Both the position numbers and the translations under genes were made by a program. The notes under the pieces are model-generated. The model was not told the DNA's origin, did no database searches, and saw only the letters and a program-made list of their open reading frames with translations. Shown one piece after another: positions 38,468 through 53,114 of a stretch of 64,000 nt of DNA. The stretch covers positions 25,978,001-26,042,000 of the forward strand of contig OX597825.1 in the NCBI GenBank assembly GCA_951406725.2. The letters are read 5' to 3'. This DNA is from Octopus vulgaris. Its lineage: Eukaryota. Numbering within the stretch: the stretch's first letter is position 1; each line of letters begins with the position of its first letter.

Positions 38468-39392
38468 TCCGTAAATTCTTCCTCTCTGATCATTTCTTTT
38501 AAAGATTTTATCCTCAATTGTTAATTCATATTTTTCACCGGAATAGTTCAATACTGAATTTTTATTCCGACTAGGCAATTTGTTACCGAAATGCATTGCG
38601 AAAAAGCCCGCCATTTTCATAGATATGTAAGGATAAACATTCGTACAAGCTACGACGAATTCTACGGTTGGCTATCGAATTTGTAATGTTATGTTTTTTC
38701 TTATATTTCTTGAGTTTGTTGCACTGACGAACATGAAATGCATATTCTGCATTAAATGCGAAATCACATGTGATATGTAACTGATTTCTTTTTTAAATTG
38801 ATGTGTTTTGAAGTTTTGCATTCGGTAAAATTTTGTTTATTTTTAGTAGTTTTGACCGCATTGGTCCCTCTTAGCGTGTTGGTATCTACGAATAGTAGTA
38901 CCCTCAATATAATATAAATGAATATTTTCAAAGAGGAAGAATTTACGGATTTTTTCTCTTACGAGGTTTTTCACGCTGACTACTGATAATTTCTTTTAAA
39001 GATTTTATCCTCAATTGTTAATTTACATTTTTCACCGGAATAGTTCAATACTGAATTTTTATTCCGACTAGGCAAAATGTGACCGAAATGCATTGCGAAA
39101 AAGCCCGCCATTTTCATAGATATGTAAGGATAAACATTCGTACAAGCTACGACGAATTCTACGGTTGGCTATCGAGTTTGTAATGTTATGTTTTTTCTTA
39201 TATTTCTTGAGTTTGTTGCACTGACGAGCATGAAATGCATATTCTGCATTAAATGTGAAATCACATTTTAAAATTATGTGTTTTGAAGTTTTGCATCCGG
39301 TAAAATTTTGTTTATTTTTAGTAGTTTTGACCGCATTGGTCCCTCTTAGCGTGTTGGTATCTACGAATAGTAGTACCCTCAATATAATATAA
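38468..39392 (+). mobile_element. Tandem 497-bp-period non-coding element with inverted leader and HHR (retrozyme- or Penelope-pLTR-like)
   Basis: Near-identical copies 38486-38917 and 38983-39392; 38468-38485 is the exact reverse complement of 38932-38949; ends in a TA-rich run. Confidence 0.85.
38718..38781 (+). ncRNA. Type I hammerhead ribozyme
   Basis: Stem I GTTGCA/TGTAAC; core CTGACGA 38724-30; stem II (A)CAT/ATG(C) with inner AATGCA/TGCATT; GAAA 38760-63; stem III TCAC/GTGA; UH = TA at 38774-75. Confidence 0.82.
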
Positions 39393-40239
39393 TATATATA
39401 TATACACGTTATTTTTAATGCGTTTTCTTAGGGTTTTTGTAAAGTTAAATATGACTGTCATTTATTCTTCTCTGTTAGTAAGGAACGGTGTCTTTCCCTT
39501 TATAATTGGCGTGAGAGTTACGTTATGTCACTTAAGCGAAACTCTGAGCAATGTTTTATGTTTATCTCCAGCATCTTTTATTCATTCCTTCGCTCTAAAC
39601 CTTCATTTATGCGGGTCAGCGCCATTGCAGTGTGTAGTCACACATCATTCCTGAACAGATATATGAATTGGTAAGCCCACATTTTCATTATGTCTTCCAC
39701 ATATTCTTCCTCTGCATATTACCAACTTATTCATTTTAATTTTATAACCACTCGTGTTCCATGAAGGTCATATCTCGCAAACAAGCATTATTCATAAGCA
39801 AGGGACACACCAGAAGTCAAAGACCCACTGAGTCCATGAATGAAGACCTGAAAACGCCCCTCTATAGAAAACATAAAATAACAGACTTTTATAACGAACC
39901 TAAGAAACAATCACCACCCTTGTGAGAATACAAGAAATACTAATCATGTACTTCACTTGCTGCACACATGAACGATACTCATTGGGAAGCCAGCATTTTA
40001 AAGTTAGCTACAAATATTTGACTTGAGTGTTTCGAAGAAATTTCCATAGCAACACTATTTATGAAACATCACGAAAACTGCCTGTTAGTAACAAATATTT
40101 TCTTTTAAGATACAACTCGCCCCACTCCCTTTCAGTTGCTGATGATTTACAATATTCCGATAATATCGATATTGGATTATTGCTGCAATATATGAGTACA
40201 GGGATGTTAGATATACAGATTGTTCTTTTTACTTCATCC

Positions 40240-40316
<77 letters not shown>

Positions 40317-40401
40317 TCTCTGTCTCTCTCTCTCTCTCTGTCTCTCTCTCTCTCTACTGCGATCCACTGAGTTTTTCTAAATTTGCTGCATGCAAGGTCC
40401 C

Positions 40402-40590
40402 TAATTTGTTTCATGTTTCAATCACACAATACACAACTATAATCGTCTTGGTATCACATTTTCTTTCTAGTTATTATTGTCTCAGTTTCATGCAAACATC
40501 GACGTATGTATGATCAACCCCAAAATTCATCACCTCGATGTCATCAGTTTGCGAGGATGCACAATGGTAACTCCCTACTCATTTTAACTA
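40402..40590 (-). repeat. Right arm of the inverted pair with 38025-38212
   Basis: Reverse-complement alignment by eye. Confidence 0.85.
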
Positions 40591-42155
40591 ATCTAGAGGA
40601 GAGAAAGGAAGAGAGAATCCGTAGACTGAATGCTAAAATCACAAAGGTTATAAGAACTTGTGCTGCATAAGAGAAGCGGAAGAGGGAGGTCTGTTAGGAA
40701 TAATAGAGATAACTCCTTCAAATTGCTCCATACCATTATGACTAAGGAGATATACAATGTCTGAAAATAAGATAGGATAGTTATGGCCAGAACACTTCGT
40801 TTACGACATATCAGTTCGACCCTGATAGACGTGGAGCTGCGAAATAGCAGCGAGAACAATAGCAATAACACGAATGAGATTAACAGAAGCAACAAGGTGA
40901 ACCGTAACTGCAGTAGCAAATCGATGCCGCAGCCGTGGCATGATATGAACTGCAGAATCGATCATTCGAAATCAAGGTATTTACAAGTCGTCGTGATTTC
41001 TATAGTAAACCGTATGAGAAAGTAAATCCAAAGTTTCTTTATAAACTTAAACTTAATGGTTATCAAATATAAGATCTTTTGCTATATAGATTCTTTGATT
41101 AATATACTGATTTTTTTATCAAATTATTTGTTCATGTATCGGAGAAATGAAGACAAATGTGTAAATGATAAAGGTTTTTCCAATTAACGATCAATCATAT
41201 TAGCTTTAAAGAGGACAGATTCTGGCGCAAACACTCTAATGACCTTTAATAACCAATTATATTTAAGAAGATTTCCAATGTTTGTTTTCTTTTTCGTCGG
41301 TGACCGATGTGGGAAGAGAAATGTATACAAGCAGATGAAATCTATTAAGGAAAAAAAAGTAAGAAATAAACAGAAATAGTCGACAGTTGAGATTGGTATC
41401 ATCCATCATAATATTTTATATTTTATTAAAAGTGTTCAATCTACTTGCGTAGAATTCCGACCGAGCTTCTGGATTTCATATTACGTACCGAATAATGGTC
41501 GTCACCGACGTAAATATCAAGTGTGTCTACGTGCAAAATGCATTTAATACACTCAGTGAACCAATCAAATGTTTGTAGAATAGGTGCAATGTTGATACTG
41601 TCTGCGTTCCTGGAAACAGGAGTAACCCTAATTCTGGGTAATGAACCTTAACTGTTATCTGCCTCATCATTGCGAATTTCTCACTAGTCAGGGATCACGT
41701 AATTTATGAAAGTAGGGTCTCTTTCTTTGAAGCATGTAATTAAAATCTAAAATCTAATAAAGATATGCTACAATAATTAAATAGCATAAAAATAACGGGG
41801 TAAATGGCGTGTAGAGAATAATACAAATATAATCAACATCACATTACTGACTTCGATATTGCTGTCATTCTATTAGTTGAAAATATACACGCTCCCTAAC
41901 ACTCCTTCACACATACTCTCAGATACATACATACATGCATGCATGTATACATACATCCATCCATCTATACATACATGCATGCATACACACACACATACAT
42001 ACATACATACACATGCATACGCACATATACATACATACATGCATACATACATACACACATACATACATACATACATACATACATACATGCATGCATACAC
42101 ACACATACATACATACATACATACATACATACATACATACATACATACATACATT

Positions 42156-43065
42156 TCATAGCAAAAAACTGCTGGCCAATTGGATGCCAGAACTTAATGT
42201 ATAAAATATATACAGCATGCTTAAACCTCTTCCTTCAAGACATTATTGAAAGTAATAACAACATCACAGCAGAACAGACGGCTGAGAACAAGGGAGTCTG
42301 GGGATATGACGATCAATTGTTAATAAACAAAACTGCAATGTCAGAGGTGTGGAAGCATAGGAGGAACCTCATCTCAATGTTACTGGACTACAATAAAGCC
42401 TTTAACTCTGTTACCTACTTATGGATGCCAGAAGCCCTTCGACTTGCTAAAGTTCCAGTGAACATAGTCAAAGTCATAGCCGAGCTGACTTCATCCTGGG
42501 CCACAATCTTGAATTTAAATACGAGTAGAAGGGGTGTTTGTATTATCACTGATAGAATGCGCAGTAGCACATATGTATATTCCAAGGGGACAGCTTATGT
42601 TTATACTTCCTAATGTTGTTTATACTTACTGCAAAACCCCTGGTCATTCTTGTTAAGGAAGTTTGAAAGTTATCTCACTGGTTCCAAGGAAACAGAAATA
42701 CCAAGATTACGTAATGTTTCTTTCTGAATGACCAGTAACTAGATGCAAAGAATATACATGAGATGAAACAGAGCCTTCAAAAGTTTACAACATTCTTAAC
42801 GGATAAACGGTTGCTATATGTTTGTGAAAAGGGGGGAAACTGCAAACCAGACAAGCAACATATTCATCGAAGACAACTGCTTACTTTATATCTAATGAAA
42901 AATGTTACAGGTATCCAGGGGTGGATGAAAGCATCTTACCATGGTACCTGTAACAAATCACCTATCACTAAAGAATATTACAGCTGAATAAAGAAAATTT
43001 GAACCTCGGAACTCTTTTACATTTAGTAAAACTGTGGCCCACAATGTGTTTGTAGTCCCAGTATT
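42156..43065 (+). pseudogene. Decayed R4/Dong-like reverse transcriptase
   Basis: AKNCWPIGCQNLMYKIYT...EQ...WGYDDQLLINK...RRNL...LDYNKAFNSV.., then frameshifted IFQGDSL, PWSFLL and FFLND (decayed xxDD motif). Confidence 0.88.
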
Positions 43066-43354
43066 GCACAATTTCGGCTGCTTGAAGGACCTCAGAACTC
43101 TCTGCATTCAGTAAAACAGTGACCCGCAGTGGCCAAAGAAACTCTCTTTACTCATGCAACTGCTGTCGCTTACTAAACTATACTATCACGTGACCTGCCT
43201 TGATCACTTGCAGCCAATCAACCGGTATCCATCTGGGACTTCCTGTACCTTTCCATTCATTTTGATTCCCCCCTAGGCTGACGAGATAGGTTTCGTTAGG
43301 GCCTTGCGTAACTTGAATTACACGCAATCCGAATTAAACCGTTTTGAATAATGC

Positions 43355-43450
<96 letters not shown>

Positions 43451-43457
43451 TTATATA

Positions 43458-43506
<49 letters not shown>

Positions 43507-43513
43507 TTATATA

Positions 43514-43576
<63 letters not shown>

Positions 43577-43672
43577 AATTTTATATATATATATATATAT
43601 ATATACATATATATATACTATTATATATATATGTATATATATATATATAAAATTTATATATATATATATATA
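43355..43672. repeat. Long (TA)n-dominated tract
   Basis: Directly visible; comparable tracts at 31320-31570, 50720-51116, 59918-60450 and 61081-61217. Confidence 0.97.
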
Positions 43673-44348
43673 CGTGTGTGTGTGTATGTATTTGTATGCG
43701 TGTGTATTTTGATCTCCCAAGGAGAGAATCGAGATATCGTTGCCTCGTTCTTTTTTATCAATAATCTATATTCATCGAATTGCTTTCACATTGGTCTTGG
43801 AGGTTAGTATCAAAGATAACTCTTTATCAGAGCTAACCTCCGCTGACGTAGTATCTTCTTAGTACCATTTTGTCTCTTCTAAATGAAATTGATTCGATTC
43901 TTATAACCTCTTTTTGGCTCCATCTCCCATCATCAATGTGTAGTGAGGCCAGTAAGCTAATCCTTTACTAAATAGCTGTTCTAAAATCAGCAGGAAATTT
44001 GTGAAAGGAACGGTGCGTACCATTTCCAGTACTTGAATTTACCTCTAAATATATAATCTATCCTGAAATCCTCCATAGAATAATACTTATGACCATATTT
44101 TGCAGCAATATTGTCTTTGAATAGTAAATTAATAAACACTCTAACTACATTTTGATAACTTCTTGAATTTTATCATCATCCTCATGCTTATTTTGACGGC
44201 GACCCAACACAATATCTTATCAACTTTAAGATGTTTTCACAGCCGCCACTAACTTCAGCTTTTATCAGGATGCTTGCTTGCATCTAAGGTTTTATAGCAC
44301 AACTTTAATGACTGTTATAGAAGAGATTGCATTTATCTGTTCTATAAC

Positions 44349-44579
44349 AGCGGTGAGCTGGCAGAAACGTTAGCACGCCGGGCGAAGTGCTTACCGGGAT
44401 TTCGTCTGCCGTTAAGTTCTGAGTTCAAATTCCACCGAGGTCGACCTTTCCTTTCGTCTTTTCGGGGTCGACAAATTAAGTACCAATTACGCACTGGAGT
44501 CGATGTAATCGACTTAATCACTTTATCTGTCCTTGTTTGTCTCCTCTATGTTTAGCCCCTTGTGGTCAATAAAGAAATA
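44349..44579 (+). mobile_element. SINE family A monomer
   Basis: Full body; TSD AGATTGCATTTA(T/C)CTG at 44324 and 44580. Confidence 0.92.
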
Positions 44580-45559
44580 AGATTGCATTTACCTGGCTCT
44601 TCGGGTACTTTCTAGAATGGAATTATTATATCTACAACATATACAGTAAAAAGCCCTGACACATACTGTAGCTGGCTGATGTGTTTGTGATAGTATTTTT
44701 CAGTAGTAATTGGTCAATAAGCACATAAACGCATTGTGTTATATATATGTAATATATATGTATGTATACAGACGCGGCACGTCTATTTTCAGAAAACCCT
44801 ACGAAATATTCCTACGTTTCACGCTGAGATAAAGGTGCACAGCGATAAACGTACGTGCTTCAAACACTCCAGTCTTCGTTTCCGTGTCGGTGTCACCTAG
44901 TCGGACTGATATTGTTGCTGATCTAATTTGCTAGTCGAAGTTAAATTTACAGCAAATTCTGTTGCGAAAACACAAATGACACTATGACCACAATGGCTGC
45001 TATAATTCTCACCTCTTACTCTCATGGCGTCTCTTATCAGAAGCAATAACTGTATTTTTTTCTGCTGTCATTATAACTATTCTCAGTGATATTTTCCTTT
45101 CTGAGTATCCAGCTACTATTAGCAATGATATTATTTCGGTCTTGTTCAAGACGTTTTGTCTGAAAGAAACATAGTCCGATATTAAAAGTCATCTTATAAC
45201 TGAGAAAGAAACTGTTTATTTTTAATTCATAGTAGATCCAGCTCGATTCAAGTAAATCTATTTAAGGGCACATATTAAGATATGCACCCCCTAGAACGGT
45301 AGGATGTGGTTTGAGTAAAGGAACTAACGACCATTTCTACTGGATTGGAATCCACAAAGCTTATATACGATACCTTTGTAATGTTTTGTCATGTACTGCT
45401 AAATTGCTATAAATATTACATGATTTAATGCACGCAAAACTGTTCCTGCATATGCACTGCTGAAATTGGTGGGCATATTATATGCTCATATGTCTTTTAT
45501 GCCATCAAATAGTGCGCTAAGGTGTTAATAATTATATATGAATAATTTCTTAAGAAACC

Positions 45560-45789
45560 TATTTCTTTATTACCCACAAGGGGCTAAACATAGAGGGGAC
45601 AAACAAGGACAGACATAGGTATTAATTCGATTACATCGACCCCAGTGCGTAACCGGTACTTAATTTATCGACCCCGAAAGGATGAAAGGCAAAGTCGACC
45701 TCGGTGGAATATGAACTCACAACGTAACGCAGACGAAATACCGCTAAGCATTTCGCCCGGCGTGCTAACGTTTCTGCCAGCTCGCCGCC
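45560..45789 (-). mobile_element. SINE family A monomer
   Basis: Full body; perfect TSD TTCTTAAGAAACC 45547-45559 / 45791-45803. Confidence 0.93.
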
Positions 45790-47081
45790 ATTCTTAAGAA
45801 ACCGATTACAAAAGTACTACAACAGGAACGAAATCACTTCTCGGATTTTGGAGAACAAAATTTCTTTTTGAGACCTTATTGTTTATAGAATTTAAATATA
45901 TTTCTCTCGTAAAACATTAACACATGTGCAACTGCTTTTTTATATAATTACTTAACGTCCGTCATATTTCCCCTAATGTACGTTGTATTTTCATTTATCA
46001 AAGTAATATATTATCACATTAATGTATTTCGAGAATACATAGTACAGAATATTGAATAGAACAAAAGATATTGAACTATAAATAATTTGACTTCTAGGCA
46101 CCAATTTCAAGAAATATTTATCAATCATTAAAATAATAACTTCTTTCCTTTTGTGTAAAGTTCGGTGTTATATTTTTGCTGCAAATATAAGACATACATA
46201 GATACATACGTACATTCATAAATATATACATATATATATGTGTGTGTGTATATATATATATGTATGTATGTTATATTTGCTGTTATCTATATAGATATAG
46301 AAACAATGACATATGTAACTAAATACATACAATCAATTATGAATAAGGAAATATATACTACTTACTTCTTAGTAATATATACGTGCACGTGCACACGCAT
46401 TAATACGTATGGCTATACATACATCTGTGTGTACGTGTGTGTACATGTGCATGAATTTTGTGTGTGAGTATAAATAGGGACACACACATGTATATAAAAA
46501 ACATACGCTCACATGAATATAAACATACATTATATATAAATATATATATATATTTACGTATATAACTATATGCATATATCTATGTATGTATGTATGTATA
46601 TATATATATATATATATACATATATGTATATATATATGTGTATATATATATATATGTGTATGTATATACATACACATAGACATAGATATATATACATATA
46701 TACAGGCATCTATATATATATATATGCATATATATACATGTATTTATATATGTATATATATATATATGTGTGTGTATTATGTATGTATGTATGTATGCAT
46801 GTATGTATATAGCGCTTGTTTACACATTCGTCAAATACTTTAAACACAATGCATTGAAAGGCAAATATCAATAATTGGCAAAAGTCAACAGGTTAGGAAA
46901 TAGTTTTGATATATTTTGTATATTTGATGTATTATTATTTTCAAATGATACTTCACGTATGTCGTTCTTTATTGAAACTTCTCTCAGAATAGAACAGAAC
47001 AAACAGCTGAGGAAAATAACGAAGTAATTTATATTCGCTTGTTTCCATTTTATTTCGCTCTGTTTCTCTCTTTATATCTCA

Positions 47082-47116
<35 letters not shown>

Positions 47117-47166
47117 ATTGCCTGATTTAAATTTTTTTTTTACTCCGCTCTTTGTTTCTCCTAATT

Positions 47167-47479
47167 CATCACCATCATTATCATCGCCATCAACGTCATC
47201 ATCATCATCATCATCGTCGTCGTCAGCGTCATCATCATCATCACCATCGTCGTCGTCATCATCATCATCAGCAGCATCACATTCGTCATCGTCGTCGTTG
47301 TAGTTGTCAACACCACAAACATCACCACCACTACCACCACTACCACCATCATCGTCATCATCGTCAGAATCATCATCGTCAACATCATCATCGTCATCGT
47401 CGTCGTCGTCATCATCATCGTCATCGTCGTCGTCGTCATCATCATCATCGTCATCGTTGTCGTCGTCATCATCATCATT

Positions 47480-47512
<33 letters not shown>

Positions 47513-47596
47513 GTCATCATCATCATCATCAACATCATTTCTTTTTCTTTCTCGGCAATCTAATGATAATCATCATCATCATCTTCATCATCATTA
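47167..47596. repeat. (CAT)n/(CGT)n microsatellite complex
   Basis: Directly visible; further (CTA/CCA)n at 47950-48252 and (CAT)n at 48421-48500. Confidence 0.97.
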
Positions 47597-48080
47597 TCCG
47601 CTCCATATTTTGAATTGCTTTAATTCTAAATATCTACTTCCCCATGCGGTGAAGGTGTCTTCTGCACCTGCGATGTTCAGTTGGACATATACCTGGTTCC
47701 ATTTGGAAACTATAGTTTGCCAAAAAAAGAAAATAAAAAACCTCATCATGCTTCCTCTCTGCTCCTTCTCCCCCTCTTTCCATATTCCCTTTATACTAAT
47801 GCTGCGTCTTCTCCGTCGTTATCCCAATTCTCACTCTCTTCATACCTTTCCTTACAACTTTCATCGATTCACATCTTTTTTTTTTCATATGAATTGCCAT
47901 TCGTGACGTAATCATCTAGAATTCTTGTGCGCCACTAGCACCACACTCCCGTCACTACCACCACTACCACGACTACCACCACCACCACCACCGCTACCAC
48001 CATCATGGACATTAGCAGGCGCGGCTGCAGCAGCTGCACCAGTATGACTATCATCGCCATTACTACTACTACTACTACTT

Positions 48081-48117
<37 letters not shown>

Positions 48118-48194
48118 CAATACTACTGCCACGAAGACGACGATGATGACAACCACCACCACCACAACCACCATCACCACCACCACCACTACCC

Positions 48195-48225
<31 letters not shown>

Positions 48226-48252
48226 GACTACTACTACTACTACTGTTACTAC

Positions 48253-48432
48253 TAGTCGTCAGTCTTTACGCTCCGAGTTCAAATTCCACAGGGATCGACT
48301 TTGCCTCTTATCCTTTCGGGGTCGATAATGTAAATACCAGTTGAGCTCTGGGGTTGACGCAATTGACTTACACCCTCCCCCGAACTTGATGGCCTTTTGC
48401 CAAAATTTGAAACCAATAGTATCACCATCATC

Positions 48433-48500
<68 letters not shown>

Positions 48501-48772
48501 TATTTTCATTATTATTATTATTAAGGCAGCGAACTGTGGGGGATTGTTAGCACGCCGGGCGTAATACTTGGCGGAATTTTGATCCAATTTTACGTCCTGA
48601 ATTAAAATTCCGCCGAGGTCGACTTTGCCCTTCATCGTTTTTGGGGTCGATAAAAGAAGTGCCAGTCGAACACTGGAGTCCATGGAATCGACTCATCCTT
48701 TCCCCGAAAATTGTTGCCTGGTAGGATTGTTTGTGGTCATCCTGTGCCTTTAGTGAAAAGATTCTTCTTCTT

Positions 48773-48803
<31 letters not shown>

Positions 48804-48858
48804 AAATTTGAGATTATTTTATTATCGATTAGTCATCCTGTGCATTATTATTAAAAGG

Positions 48859-48891
<33 letters not shown>

Positions 48892-49130
48892 GTTATTATG
48901 GTAATGATGATGGTGATGATTAACAGACGAACTGGCAGAATCGTTAGCACGTTGAAGAAAATGGTAAGCAGCATTTTGTCTGTCTTTACATGCCGCGTTT
49001 AGAATCCACCGATGTCGACTTTGCAGTTTATCCTTTGGATAGGATCAATAAAAGGAGTAACATTTGAGTTGTGAGGTCGGTGTGATCGACTTGTCTCCTC
49101 CCGCCAAATTTCAGCCCTAGCACCCCTAGT
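48253..49130 (+). mobile_element. Three separate diverged SINE family A copies (about 48253-48417, 48525-48720, 48925-49130) between trinucleotide runs
   Basis: Each has the TCGACTTTGC..T..TC(C/G)TTT core. Confidence 0.8.
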
Positions 49131-49131
49131 A

Positions 49132-49327
49132 CAGTGGCTACCGACCTGCGGTCCTCGGACCCCTGGTGGTTCGCAAAGGCAGTACTGGGCGTCTGAGAAA
49201 TAAATTCAAAATTTCGTGAATATATGTATATATACATACAAGAAAAAAGCATATTAAAATGGGTCCGTGGGAAAAGTTATTTAAATAAAAGGGCTTGGAA
49301 CCGCTGAGAACAGATTGGGAACTACTG
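49132..49327. mobile_element. hAT (Charlie-type) MITE
   Basis: Termini CAGTGGCTACCGACCT / rc CAGTAGTTCCCAATCT; 8-bp flanks CCCTAGTA / CTCTTGTA (6/8). Confidence 0.7.
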
Positions 49328-49344
49328 CTCTTGTAGAAATGATT

Positions 49345-49535
49345 ATCATTATTGAACGAGAGAGCAGCGCATGCCATGAATGTGACACTGGGGTAGAAAC
49401 ATAGAAAGCCCAATATACCTATCAAAACTACGCGTCTGATAAGGGTACATGGGCACAAATATCCCACTCATATGTACGGGATTTGGTCATCTCCTATCAA
49501 GATAAACAGTACATGACCTTGCAGGTGAAGCCCGT
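49345..49535 (-). mobile_element. Unclassified (AAT)n-tailed repeat, copy 3
   Basis: Shares ATGCCAT...GGGGTA.AA and TATCAAGATAAA.AGT.CATGACCT with 8025-8145. Confidence 0.65.
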
Positions 49536-50066
49536 TATTATTATCAAGGTGGTAATTTGGCGTAATCATTGAAGTGTCGGTGAGAATGATTTCCTGCGCT
49601 TTTATTCACTTTTATATTTTAAGGTATACCGCAACCGAGGTCAGTTTTGAATTCTACCGCTTGAGTTCTTGGGTCAACGAAATTATCTCACCCCACCTCT
49701 CTCTCATTGTTGACTGTGTGCGTAAATTAGAAAGAGTTATTATTTATATCATTATTAAATAATTTGATAGCATTATTCTTATTATCATTAACATAATACT
49801 ATTAATAATGAAGTATATTTTTGATACTGTTGTTGCTCGCGTACTTTCAACAAAATTACATCCATTATTTCATTAAACAATCCTATTGTTTCAAGAAGTA
49901 TTTTTAGAAGAAATAAATAAATTTATTTGCAGTAAAATGTATCTATTTCTTGAATTCTGTAATGTGTTTCCTTCTGCATATATACATACATACGCTTGTA
50001 TATCTCTATCTAATGGCATGTGCGCATGAACGTGTATTTATATAAGTATACACACCTGCATATATG

Positions 50067-50158
<92 letters not shown>

Positions 50159-51044
50159 CGTGTGCGTAGTGAGTATGCGTGTATATACTTGTCTATGTGT
50201 ATTTGATTGTTTCCCACTTTTGATTTCCAAACCTCAATTTATTTTCCAGATGATTATTCTTGACTCCTGTAATAATTGAATTGTCTCCTCATTACATGTG
50301 TTCGGGCGTGAGTGTATTGTGTGTGGATGTATGTGTATGTGTGTGCTTTGAATGTGTGTGTGTATGTGTGTATGTATGTGTGTGTTTGACAGTTGGAAGA
50401 GTTACGTATGCACGTAAGTTTTCATCATATTCCAATTAAAGTTCACTGCATGTGTACAAAATTTGATAATGAAGTCAAGAACAATTCCCCTCATCGTTGA
50501 CACGCAAATCCACACATGCACACACACATACATACACACGGAAACACACACACATACACACATATGTTTGTAGTTTCGTGTGTGCGCCTGTGTCTGTATG
50601 TAATTGTCTACGTGTACCTGGCACCTGTCAGCATGTATACGTGAACACAAAGAAATACAGAGGGCAGAGGATTGGAGAGACGGAGAGAAAGCAATGGAAC
50701 TATGTATGTATGTATGTTTTGTATGTATATATATATATATGCATACAAATATATATATATGCATGTATATATATATACATATATATATATATACATATAT
50801 TTATATATGCATATATATATATATATATATATGCATATATATATGTATCTGTGTGTACATACATATAAACATGTATGTATATATATATATACATAAAAAT
50901 ACATATATATATATATATATATATATACACACGTACATATATATATATACACACACATATATATATGTATATATGTATATATATCTATATATCTATACAT
51001 ACATACACACATATATGTGTATACATATATACATATATATATAC

Positions 51045-51157
<113 letters not shown>

Positions 51158-51670
51158 CATATATCCACACAAACATATATAAAGGGAGAGAGAGACAGAG
51201 AGAGAGGAGAAAGGCAACATGAAAGATGGAGTGAAATATGGGGAAATAACAAACGGAAATTTAAAAAAACATATTCTCTAAATATTAAAAAAAAAATTGT
51301 TTCGTCTCATTATTTGTTTGTGTTATTCTATTTATTATTCCTTTGTTGTTAAGTCAATTTAACAAGGAGACTCAATCAAAAACCCGCTTCTTCCTCAACT
51401 AGCTACGCTGTATTGTTATAGATTTTCTAGATCAGAAATAAATGAAATATTCATTTTTATTCCCTTAATTTTCTTCAATTTTGCCATTAATTCGTTTTCA
51501 AAGTTATTTTATATTTCACTGGTATATTTTTCAATTTAATTTAATTTGTATTCTATCAACTTACTGTTTCGGAGGTCACGTAGAAAGATTTATACATACC
51601 AATGTATATATGCACACATACATGCATGCGTACATACATACATACATACATACATACATACATACATACA

Positions 51671-51703
<33 letters not shown>

Positions 51704-51941
51704 GCATGCATGCATGCATACATATATACATACATACATACATACATACATACATACATGCATACATGCATACATACATACATACATGCATACATGCATG
51801 CATGTATACATACATACATGCATACAAACTTGCATACATACATACATACATACATATATACAGGCATTGTTGCAAATAGATATGAAGAGGTGCGTGTAAT
51901 AATAACGATAATAATATTAATAATAATAATAATAATAATAA

Positions 51942-51972
<31 letters not shown>

Positions 51973-52268
51973 AAGAAGAAAAATAATAATAATAATAGTC
52001 ATAAAATGACAATGACGATGATAATGACAATGATGTTAATAATATACATGTATTTTTGTATACACACATAAACATACACTTATATACACATATATATGTA
52101 AGGGCAAATACACATACATACATGCATACTGACGCGCACCGATGCACACAATCACAGACGCACATATATTACCATGAATCTATATAACTATATAAACATG
52201 GACACTTACACGTACAACGATATGTACATGAACATATCTGCACAAAGACGTATATGACTATACACTAC

Positions 52269-52331
<63 letters not shown>

Positions 52332-52522
52332 CGTGTGTATAAACATACATTAATATATATATATATATTTATGTATGTATAAATATATACATATATGCAT
52401 ATATAATATGTATATATACATATATTTACTTACATAGCCCCCATATACATCCCTATACACACAGCAAATTTAAATATATATACATCTTTATATTATATAA
52501 TATATAGGTACAACACACACAT

Positions 52523-52591
<69 letters not shown>

Positions 52592-53114
52592 CAGAAACAC
52601 GCACTCACTTAAATATAGACATACACACACATATTTTTATGTATGTATAGGTGTGATGAGAGACAAAATTATAGAAAAAATACGATCGAATGTATTATTT
52701 GAAATTAATGTGGGAACTAAATTTTTAACATAAATAAAATGTATAAAACATTTTCCTGTTTGAGTTTGAGGTAAATAAGCATCGTTATTCCTTGGGAATT
52801 TTTTTGCGTTGCTGTGAAAGACTTATTTCTTTCAAATTATTGCCTCGATATATAAAGAAATATTCCAATAACATAACAAATCTCTTATAAATAAATGCTA
52901 AATAACTCAACATCACAATCTATTTTACGTTTGTTTCTTTGATAATTTTCTATCCAAAAATTCATATATTTAAATTAATTTTTCCCATAAATTACACTGT
53001 ATTGTCATTTGTCATATATTCATGGTTTTCCATCTCTGAGGGAATAATGGTCAGGTGTTCGAATATTGTAGGTATACTGTTTTAATGAAATTATGATAAT
53101 TGCTACTATGTCAA

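Noticed and set aside
40515-40560. Minus-strand CTGATGA-CATCGAGGTGAT-GAA as hammerhead, SECIS or C/D box
   Set aside because: No GAAA, stem III or UH; helix too short for SECIS; the sister arm lacks the C of CTGA.
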